Shown: piece after piece, positions 53,591 to 64,000 of the stretch
Layout: each line of letters begins with the position of its first letter
How positions within the stretch are numbered: position 1 is the stretch's first letter
Source: Antedon mediterranea
Taxonomy: Eukaryota > Animalia > Echinodermata
DNA length: 64,000 nt
NCBI RefSeq assembly: GCF_964355755.1
Contig: NC_092678.1
Coordinates: 13,514,352 to 13,578,351 of the forward strand
Direction of reading: 5' to 3'
Notes under the pieces: generated by a model
What the model was told of the DNA's origin: nothing
Databases searched by the model: none
What the model saw: only the letters and a program-made list of their open reading frames with translations
Translations under genes and position numbers: made by a program

Positions 53591-56500
53591 TCATTTTTTA
53601 TGGGGTACGTCTAACTGAACCACAGACATACAAAGTAAGCGCTTTTTTAATGTTTTTATATTAATAATGTAGCCTACATATTATGTGATCGTGGAATACA
53701 AAACGGCTGATCTCGGAGCGTTATCGATTGCCATCAACAAATTGATATAAGTGAATCAATGTTTTTTTATTAAAGGTTATAGAATACATATACATCGGTA
53801 TGTAAATAATATCAATACTTAACTATGTTGCTATTTTTAAAATCAGAATGGAAATATTTCATATGAAATCAAGCCAGACTTTAAATTCAATCCATCTCTG
53901 CGGCTAACTTTTCAAAATGATGTAGTCAAATTCAGTCAACTTGATGTAGTATATGAGGGTACTGTAGAGGCGGGTATTCATATGAAAATCAAGGCGGGAG
54001 ATAGGTAAGTGTAATTTTACCTTATATAACAAAATAATCACGATACAATTCTAGTAGTATTAGTTTAATTAATTTTTATTTATAGATTTGATTACGTTAC
54101 TGAAAACCAATTTGTTGAAGAAGAATTGGTTCTTATTACGTTACGTTGGGAAATGTACCTATTCCTCTATCTGTTGATATCCAGGTCAAGTATTCCGTAT
54201 CTGTTGACCTGCCTGTAAGTATATTGATTATAACATGAATCAATCAATCTATTTCAGAAAAAGGCATCACTATATTGGATTGTCATAGTTTACACTTAAA
54301 AATAATTCGTATTTAAGATTTTAGTTAAAATTGTTGATAAAGAAATACACAAATAATTACCGTATTTTACTATTTGTCTTTAAGGCTTCGTTGGAAACCA
54401 CTTTTGGTGTTACCTCTAGTGGATATATAAGCTTTGGTTCAGGTCTCACTGGAGGATAGATTGGTTATACTACCTCCAACGGTTTGTATCATTATTTAAT
54501 CACTTAGATAATCAAGTTAAATTAAATGATAGTTCTATATGTTACATTTCTTTTTCGTGATATTGAAGGTGTATGAAGTTTAAGTTGTCATGAGTTGGCA
54601 AATATTGTTCCTTCCGGGTTCTGTAGAGACCCTATTATTTGCTTTATAATGTAAATAAAACGCACCATTCTGCACTACTAAATCTACCCTGCCTGATTGG
54701 CTGGCAAATTTTGGTAGGAAAATTGAAATACCTGTATTGAATAAAGTTTATTAAATAATTTTTTTTATACGGAAATGTGTATTTGTAATTTTACTTGTTA
54801 AGTATTTTAGTATATCATTCTTTTTTTAATGTAGTACCATAGTGTAGTAATCAGTTTGTACATTTCATTACTGTAATGTAGTGTACTAAACTTTGATCTT
54901 ACATTATTAATCCTTGAATTAGTTGGAATAAATGAAACGAGATGTGCTTGGAATTCAGAAGAGGAAACATCGTCAGCTTTTCAATTTTCTACTACATTCG
55001 ATATTCAGACAAACTACACAATTTTGATGTGTGATGATGTTTGTAATCAAGATAATAGTCTACCTTGTGATATAACAAACGCTGACATATTATATGGTGG
55101 TCTTACAAACATGAATATGCTCACAACATATAACCAAGTCAACCTAACACAAATCGCATACAGATCAAAAACGAATGAGTTAACGGTTCACACAAGGTTA
55201 ATATTTTCATACGTTACGGTGCGATTCTTTACCATCCTGTATATTTATTATGATTTGTTGCTAGCTGACCAACTGATATCAATTTTCAACTAATATCACT
55301 TCCTAACTGATATCACTTAACAACTATGGACTCGGTTTAAAATGTATTTATTTTCTTTAACAGAGAGTGCCGAGCCCAACCAATGCCTAGTGTTACCACA
55401 GAGACTACTGAAATGCCTCATTATTGTCCTGACGGCTACACAGTCTCTCAAACCAATGCTGTAATGGAGTGCCCATGTACATGTCTTGATGCTACTCTGA
55501 GGAATATGTCTCCAGATGGATCATGCCAGGTTTGTTCATTTTACATCTTCTTCGCCGAACTAAACACTCACTTCACACTATATACACGCTTATCAATGAT
55601 ATACTGAACAATATCTTCTAAAATGACGTGTAGTGGTCAATTTCAAGCAACCACTAGTAAAAAAAGAATGTGAACATTTGAGTTAAAAATAAAGCTACAG
55701 TACCATATCATTTCACCAGAGTATATCTTCTAGAATACAAAAATAATGCTTTTGAATATAATATATTCAACGTTATTGCAATTTTTCCTTAGTGTTCATG
55801 TCAATGTGCTGATGCGTCATATGATATCATAGCACCAGATGGAAGCTGCCCGTGTGAATGTACCTCTTCTGACTGTCAAACTTACACCATCGGTTCAAAC
55901 GGTTGTCCGTGTCCCCTGATGAATGACATATGTCCGCCATGTTTGGTTGGTGAAGTTCAAGTTATCAACAATTGTCTTTGTGAATGTGTCCCAGATGACC
56001 AATGGGGAATTCCACCAATATGTGTGAATGGACGCCAAGTGAACACTGTGATAGACCCGACTGTCGGCCATGTCAAGGTAACAATATCTAACCAAGGCGA
56101 TAATCAATTCAATCTAATCAAAACTCTAATTAATCAGTATTGACTAAAATACTATTTCATGATAAGTATTGATACAATGCACATTATTTACTTTGTTCAG
56201 GTTGCTCTGGGAACGGTGTCTGTACTTCGGTGCCAAACAGCTGTCAATCGCAATGTCAGTGTAATCGAGCTTGGATCGGAGAATGTTGTGACATTAGAAG
56301 ACCAGCTAGAACTGGAGGAGATCCTCATCTTGTGACATTAGACGGTAATAACTGTATTCAACTATTTTTTTCCTTTTCCTTTTTATCTTGTTATTTTATC
56401 TTTATTTTTTTATTTAAATTTTTTTGTTCCTTTTCATTTCTTTTGTCTTTTTTTCCCTTTTTTCTATTTTTCCCCCAATTTTATATATAAATATTTTAAT

Positions 56501-58750
56501 GAAGAATTGAAAATAACGGAACTGAGTTAATGATTTGATGAGTGATAAAATAAATAAATTAAGGTTGATTCTGTTTTTCTGTCATTTTTGTTTGGCAAAT
56601 TACGCCTTATCAGCATTCTCTAACGAGAACGATTAACAAAAAAGCACCCTATGAATGGAATTGTCATTAAATTATGATTTACGAGATTAAATTTTGTTTT
56701 ATTAAGTAATTACAAGGACCATGTACAATTTGAGTCCATATTCTGTTCTCCAAGAATATAATAAATAAGTTATTAAAATAGATTTTTTTTAATTAAACCA
56801 AAATTCAAGATATTAAGTCTTTCTTACCACAGTACACTCCAAATAAATATCTTGTAGGTGTGGAGTACGATTACTATGGAAATGGCGAGTTCTGGTTATG
56901 CAGAAGCATTGAAAATGATTTTGGTATACAAGCAAGATTTTATGAAAGCCACAGATCTTCATTAACTGGAGGAATTTCCATGAAATTGAGAGAAGATGTT
57001 TTGACAATTACCACTCCAATGATAGCGGATTCTGAAACATTGCCAATTCTGAGGTAGGTACACATAATATTATAATATTATACAAACCTAAAGAATATGA
57101 GAAAACAATTATAGTATAAAGTGATAATATTAACTTATGGCCCATGTTGTTGATTTTAAAACAAAAAAACACCATATTTGCTTACCATTTTCCAATTTAA
57201 AGCCTTTAAACAAACTTTTCATTTCTAGACTAAATGGTGAATTACTGGATATAAACACAGCAGAAAATCCAACTGGCAAATTCAATAGTACTATTAGATG
57301 CTCAGCTGAGAAACAGCAGTAACTCGTCAAGTCCCATAATGATTTTGGCATTCGAATACCAATCATGTGATTTGTTTGTTTGTTTAAATTATTAATTAAT
57401 ATACTATTTGATGGCAAAAACATTTTCACCCCTATTTCTAAAGTGGAATGTTGCATTGTTTATTGGACAGAAAACATATCCAGGAACTACTTTCATACTT
57501 TTAAAACGAATAAATTGTTTATATTAACAAAAAACAATCACATTTTCACTGATTTAAAAATAATCTTATTTCTATTTATCAATAATGATAATACGGCTTT
57601 AAAGTTTTAACATTATCAATCTTTAATGACATTGTCTCAATAGAGTTGTATTAATAATTATCTAGTGTTTGTTGTCAAACTATTAATTATTTATTTTAAG
57701 GTGCGTCAGTAGGCATCGAAGTACAGTTTAGTGAGTCGATCGAGAGACTATACTTCAACTTATTACTAACACCTACACTCAGCTTTATTGGAAACACAGA
57801 AAGCCTCTGTGGTCTTATGGATGATGACACGGACAACGATTTTATTGGTTCGGATGGTACCCTCTACCATCTCAATAATGTCACTGAATTTGTTGAAACA
57901 TGTAAGACAGGAATAGTCTTAATATAATATAATAATAGACTTACTGTAGTAGAAATTATTATCTCTAATTATCATTTATTTAGTTTAAAGGACATCAACA
58001 TTTTGATAAGAATTTTCAGTTTTATACACATATCTTTTTTTGACAAGTATCACAAACTTTTTCCGAAAACTAGGGAAAATTTCAAGCTCTAATCCTAATG
58101 GTGGACTATATGGTTCCTGGTCGTGGAATTCGTCCAATTTTCATTCATTGGATGAGTTGGATAGTTCTTACACGAGGATATATGAACCGATCTACAGTTC
58201 AGATGACTTAGATCAAGATATCGTAGAGGTAAGTACAGATTATTACTAAAACATTTTATTGATTATATTATTTAGTAACAGTTGTATGTATATCATTTTC
58301 TTATTATTTTCTTATAAACCTTTAGATATGAGAGCAATGCTAAATGTCTTTATGTGGAGTTTCTATAATTTGACAGGGATAATACAGTAGGTTATTAGTT
58401 TGTTAACTTTCAATCCAGTTTGAAATGTTCAACTAAAGTAATTCGTCGTTTATGTACTGCAGTTGTCTGACAAAAATGTCGTGGAATTGAATTTTTTTCA
58501 GTATTTTTGTGTCTTTTCATTGTTTCGTCACGGATACATTCAAAATTTTACTTTTTTAATTAATAAACAGATGGCAACGACTGCATGCCTTCAAACTCTA
58601 CAAAATACAATAGAAAATGCTGTTCTTTTTCAATCTTGTGTCTACGACGTCGCTGTAACAAATGATATGTCATTCTCAAATCAACAGTCACTGCAAATAG
58701 GTAAGTGCTAGCATCATTTTCTCACGAAATTCATGAAACGCCAAACGGAA

Positions 58751-61700
58751 CTAGATTTGAACTCGTCACTACGGACGAGTTAGGTTATCCGCAGCGCAAA
58801 AGCCACGTGCACGTCATACGTTAGAATAATGCGCGCAAAAAAAACGATTATGCCATTGAAAAAATGTTAGTGCTCTCTCTATTTTGCGTCACGTCAAAGT
58901 ATATACGGTACACTATATTCTGTATACGTACTACATACAGTGCAGAATAGGTGAAAATAAGTGACCAAAGTTATTGACGCTTTTGGACATGATGACGTCA
59001 TCACAATTTTAGAAATGGTAGATTATGCGAAAGATAATTGATTGGCCTAGACAATATAACAAAATGGGGGGAAATGGAATACGGATAAGTGGAGATGCGC
59101 TCTTTTAAATGTGATGAGCTATGCGAAAGTGACAAAAATCCTATATTTTATATTCGAGTGGCCATACGATGACGTCACAATGTCCGGTTAGCCATATGGA
59201 TGCATGATTTGATATCTACAACTCATTTACTTCCAGAATCTGAAATTTTAAAAATGTTCAGAATTTATGACTGTTTAAAAAAAAGCATAATTTTGACAAA
59301 TTTTTGAACTTTTTCATCAAAAACGCGCGCAAATTGTTCAATTCTACGTGCTCGTATGACGTGATTTTAAGTCAAAATTGATTGAAAATTGGTAAATTTA
59401 ATAGAAAAAGGCTATAAAAACAAAAATCAAGCAAAAAAAAGATGTTTTTGCGCTAAGTGCGCACGCGCGCGTAAAAAATTGCGCACGCGTTGGAATTTTT
59501 GAAATGCTCAAAATGATCTGAAACGCGTAGAAAGTTGATTAGAAATTGATTTTATGCATTTTAAAATTTTAAACGCGCGTGCGCGCGTAACTTTTTGTGA
59601 AACATGCCATTTTTAATCCATAGAAAGTTTTTGCATGATATGACTTAAATTTTCACCAAGTTTCAATACAAAATGACTTTTAGTTTTTAATCTATGATCA
59701 ATCATTGAAATTCATAAAATCGCGCGTAACTTACGCTGCGCAACTCCGATATCGTCGAAAAGCTTGGCTGCAAATCTACAGCTATAGGTAAATCTTATGA
59801 CAAAGTTATACAATCTTATGTTGGCCAGAAGATAGAGATACACTGCGGACAAAATTCGTGGAAAGAAAGAAGAACTAGACATGAAACTCGTCACTTTGAC
59901 GAGTTAGTTATCCGCACGACAAACGCCACGTGCACGTCATACGTTGGAATATTGCACACGGAAAAAGATTATGGCATTGTGACCTGAACTGAAGAATATG
60001 ATATGTTTTTATTGCTGAATTCTGTTATTTTGTGTCATATAGTATACACAGTATAATCTTTATACATATCACATACAGTGTAGAATAGGTGAAATTACGG
60101 GACCCGCTATTTATTCAAATTTTTAACATATTGACGGTTTCAAAATGAAACGCGAATGTAGCAATTTCGGAAGGAAATTATCTCAGCAACAACATATTAA
60201 CGTGTAGAAGAAATTTAAATACGTGAAATATTAATGCGCGCTCTTTTAAATGTAATGAACTATGACGCAAAAGATGAAAATACGACTTTTTTTATTTAAC
60301 TGGCCATATGATGACGTCACAACATCCGATTGGCAAAATGTTTACATGATTTCGTATCTACAATCAATAGCTTCCAGAAAACATTTTAATCGTGATTATC
60401 CCATTTTGTTCTTACGAGCGATAACAGATTAAAATTTACTGTAAAGATGAAATTAATGACCCAAGTAATTAAAATTTTTAGGCATGATGACGTTACAAAT
60501 ATTAAAATATTTTTAACTCATGCGAAAGGTAGTTGATTGACCTAGACAATATTAAAATCTCGGAGAAAATGGAATACGGATAAGCGTGATGCGCTCCATT
60601 GAATGTGATGAGCAATAACGAAAGAGACAAAAATCCTATATTTTATATTCGTGTGGCCATACGATGACGTCAAAATGTCCTGTTTGCCATATTAATGTAT
60701 GATTTGATATCTACAACTCATCAACTTCCAGAATATGTAATAAAAATAACTTTCACCGTTTAGTTTAGAAACTACGACTGTTTTAAAAAAGGCATAATTT
60801 TGACGATTTTTTTAGCTTTTTGATCAAAAACGCGCGTAAATTTTCCAATTCGACGTGCTCGTATGACATAATTTAAAGTCACAAATGGTTTTAAAATGGT
60901 AAAATTACTCTAGAAGGCTGAAAAAACATAATTCATGAGAAAAAAAGATTTTTTTCACGGTACGTGGCCACCGCGCACGTAAAAAAATGCGTGCACGTGG
61001 GAATTTTTGACATGCGCGAAATGTCAAGAGTCGTGTAAAAAGTTGATTAAAAATTAATTTTACGCATTTTGAAACTTTAAATGCGCGTGCGCGCGTAACT
61101 TCTTGTAAAACATGCCATTTTTAATCAATAAAAAGTTTGCACTTGATATGACTTAAATTTTCACAAAGTGTCAAAACTAAATTATGCTTGGTTTTTAGTC
61201 TATGAGCAATCATAAAAAATCATAAAATCGCGCGTAAGTCACGTTGCGCAACTCTGACGTCATTCAAAAATAGGAGGTGCACAACTTCACGTAAATGCCC
61301 ATATGTTGACAAAGTTATGAAATGTTATGTTTACCCATTTTAGAGATACGCTCTGCACAAAAAGTGAGGGAGAAAGACAGAAGAATAATATAAAATTGAA
61401 ACAGGACGATTACAAGGAGTTATCCGCTACTAAGCGGATAACTAACTAGACATGAAACTTGTCAAAGTGACGAGTTAGTTATCCGCTCGACAAACGCCAC
61501 GTGCACGTCATACGTTAGAATATTGCACACAGAAAAATATTAAGGCATTATGACCTGAACTGAAGAATATGATATGTTGTTATTTCTGAATTCTGTTATT
61601 TTGTGTCATATAGTATACACAGTACAATCTGTATACATATCACAAACAGTGTAAAATAGGTGAAATTACGGGACCCGTATTTTATTGTAATTTTTAACAT

Positions 61701-63070
61701 CTTGACGGTTTCAAAATGAAATGCAAAAGTAGAAATTTCAGAATGAAATTATCTCAGCAACAACATATTAACGTGTAGAAGAAATTTGAATACGTAAAAT
61801 ATTGATTCGCGCTCTTTTAAATGTAATGAAATATAACGCAAAAGATGAAAATACGACTTTTTTTATTTAACAGGCCATATGATGACGTCACAACATTCGT
61901 TTGGCACAATTTACACATGATTTTGTATCTACAATACAATAGCTTCCTGAAAACGTTTTAATCGTGATTATCACATTTTATTCTTACGAGCTATAACAGA
62001 TTAAAATTTACTGTAAAGATGAAATTAATGACCAACGTAATTTAAATTTTTAGGCATGATGACGTTAAAAAAATTAAAAATTTTTTAATTCATGCAAAAG
62101 ATAGTTGATTGACCTAGAATATATTAAAATCGGGGTGAAAATGGACAACGAATAAGTGGAGATGCGCTCTATTAAATGTGATGAGCTATGACGAAAGAGA
62201 CAAAAATCTGGTTATCCATATTAATGCATGATCCGATATCTACATCTCATCAACTTCCAGAATATGTAATTAAAAAAAAGTTCTCCATGTAGTTTAGAAT
62301 CTATGACTGTTTAAAAATAGGCATAATTTTGACGAATTTTTGAACTTTTTCACCAAAAACGCGTGCAAATTATCTAATTCGACGTGCTCGTATGACGTAA
62401 TTTTAAGTCGAAATTGTTTAAAAGCTGGTAACATTACTAGAAAAGGCTGAAAAAACATAAATCACGCGGAAAAAATATGTTTTTAACGCTACGTGTTCAC
62501 CGCGTGCGTCAAAATTTTCGCGCGCGTGGGAATTTTTGACATGCTCAAAATGACATGAAACGCATAGAAAGTTAATTAGAAGTTGATTTTTCGCATAGTA
62601 AAATTTTAAACGCGCGTGCGCGCGTAACTTTTCGAGTAACATGCTATTTTTAATCCATAGAAAGTTTGCGCTTGATATGACTTAAATTTTCACAAAGCGT
62701 CAAAACAAAATTATGTTTGGTTTTTAGTCTATGATCAATCATTGAAATTCATAAAATCGCGCGTAAGTCACGTTGCGCAACTCTGACGTCATTCAAAAAT
62801 AGGAGGTGCACAAGTTCACGTAAATGTCGATATGTTGACAAAGTTACGATATGTTCTGTTTACACGTTTTAGAGAAACGCGACGCACAAAAATGACAGAA
62901 AGAAAGAAGTATAATACAGAAAAAAAAAAATTTGATGAAACAGGACGATTACAAGGAGTTATCCGCTACTAAGCGGATAACTAACAAGCGGATAACTAAT
63001 AAAGAAAAAAAAAAAAAAAAAAAAGATCCTGACAATAACAAGGGGTTATCCGCCAAATGCGGATAACCAA
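58751..63070 (-). mobile_element. Family C Helentron-like stack in a host intron: outer element (head 63001-63070, body 58751-59874) holding two complete elements (59875-61445, 61446-62984)
   Basis: Minus-strand heads TT(G/A)GTTATCCGC..GCGGATAAC. Ends GCGGATAAC.(T)AACTCGTC n5-6 GAC(G/A)AGT..CTAG. Shares core words such as GTAAGTTACGCGCGATTTT and ACGAGCACGT with A/B. Confidence 0.8.
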
Positions 63071-64000
63071 TTATTTCATTTTTATCGAATTTGATTTTTA
63101 CAAAGTAAAATTTACACGACTATTAAAGTATATTGTGCAATATTTGTTCATTTCAGGATGTCCACAGCAGTGTTCAGGTCGTGGAGTATGCATCGATAGT
63201 GTATGTCAATGTCTACCAGGATGGTCTGGAAATAGTTGTAACAATGGTAAACCTCTCTGCACTTGGATTTTATCAATTTAATTATTTTTAAAACCGAATT
63301 CATTAATCCATGTTAACATTTATACAATAATATTGAATTTAATTTATTTAGGAACCTGCACCTCGAATTGTGTGAATGGTGATTGTATATCTGGGTTTTG
63401 TTGATGTAACGTTGGCTGGGAAGGCGATACATGTGAAGACAAAGGTACATATTATTATATATTATTTTAGGGACACAATATTAACTTATTTTATTTTAAA
63501 GGTATTGCATTTGTTGTTTACATTATAACCAAATATAACAGATTTTAAATTGTATATTAATGTACTAATTGAAGGATAAAAAGTGAGTAATATTTTATTT
63601 AGTTCAATGAACTTTATGTTAGGCTCATGTTTTAAGTAGTAATTAGTAAACGTATCTTTTTAGCCACCTGCTATGGTGTTAATAACTACAGACGAGCAAC
63701 ATGGTGAATGCCTTGCAACGGATGTATGTTTATGTAAGAAAGGGTTTACAGGTAAAGATGGTATTCTGTAATTTCTAGTTTATTATGTTACATAGATTCC
63801 TATTAGTTAGTATTGAACTCTGTTTACGCTAGTAACAACCGCTTCTACTTCTGCGCATGTGCAATTGAATTCCCGATATGACTTAGTCACCAATTCTGAC
63901 TGAAATGTTCAGGACCCTTCAATCCTAGACAACCTTTTTTACACTTAATAGAAATAATCTAAGATAATGGATGTATGGCTATAACTATCACTTAACTTGA

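Larger units (their letters stand above)
42360..53605. mobile_element. Non-autonomous CACTA/EnSpm-like DNA transposon (~5.6 kb without the nested Harbinger)
   Basis: Imperfect TIR CCCTATAGAAAAAACATCCGGGATCCCG vs CCCCATAAAAAATGAGATCGGGATCCCG (reverse complement). TA on both sides (42358-42359, 53606-53607). Dense subterminal CGGGAT (left) and ATCCCG (right) motifs. Removing it restores the host reading frame. Confidence 0.78.
39387..63751 (+). pseudogene. Multi-exon gene for a PSI + Cys-rich + VWD + EGF-repeat extracellular protein (VWDE-like), disrupted; probably extends beyond the exons seen
   Basis: Approximate GT-AG exons: 39387-39564, 40587-40869, 41238-41423, 41564-41807, 41898-42065, 42237-42359+53608-53634, 53847-54004, 54086-54214, 54385-54481, 54922-55196, 55364-55529, 55793-56077, 56201-56344, 56859-57053, 57229-57366, 57701-57901, 58074-58228, 58571-58700, 63157-63246, 63352-63444, 63664-63751. 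VWD motifs TGGDPHLVTLDG..YDYYGNGEF and LCGLMDDDTDNDF; C8-like SCVYDVAVT; EGF CSGRGVCIDSVCQCLPGWSGNSC. In-frame stops at 54457-54459 and 63402-63404, apparent frameshifts, and an exonic transposon. Confidence 0.78.

Noticed and set aside
53040-53618. ORFs of 74-162 aa
   Set aside because: Translations of the right subterminal repeat array.
63402-63404. In-frame TGA as possible selenocysteine
   Set aside because: It sits at the x of C-x-C rather than at a Cys position, and the gene has other independent lesions.
1-64000. Autonomous Helitron RepHel gene
   Set aside because: No HUH Rep or PIF1 helicase motifs were seen in any frame. The mobilising enzyme must be encoded elsewhere, so the Helentron call rests on termini and insertion behaviour only.

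Overview
AT-rich, intron-containing animal genomic DNA (an invertebrate is inferred; no prokaryotic features). Most of the window is transposable-element sequence, lying within or upstream of a broken multi-exon + strand gene for an extracellular protein with PSI, Cys-rich, VWD and EGF domains. (1) Three related families (A, B, C) of ~1.2-1.6 kb non-autonomous Helitron2/Helentron-like elements have a 5' TT plus subterminal inverted repeat hairpin, and a 3' subTIR plus hairpin plus CTAG. They form nested stacks: each new copy sits in the T-rich/(TTTA)n tract just behind the 5' head of an older copy, so heads pile up first and bodies follow. Families A and B carry a tRNA-like A/B-box cassette. 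(2) A near-identical ~17 kb tandem duplication (5433-23185 / 23183-39939) gives matched empty and filled sites for two exact, TSD-free insertions. (3) An apparently intact autonomous PIF/Harbinger transposon (4-exon DDE transposase plus 3-exon MADF-BESS gene) carries a Kolobok-type MITE and is nested in a CACTA/EnSpm-like element that splits a host exon. (4) Also present: a MULE/foldback element, L2/CR1-like and RTE-like LINE 3' fragments, tRNA-derived repeats, a minimal Penelope-type hammerhead ribozyme, and CTAG/AGGCCT-rich patches. All calls come from reading the sequence by eye; no searches or folding programs were run, and many boundaries are approximate.
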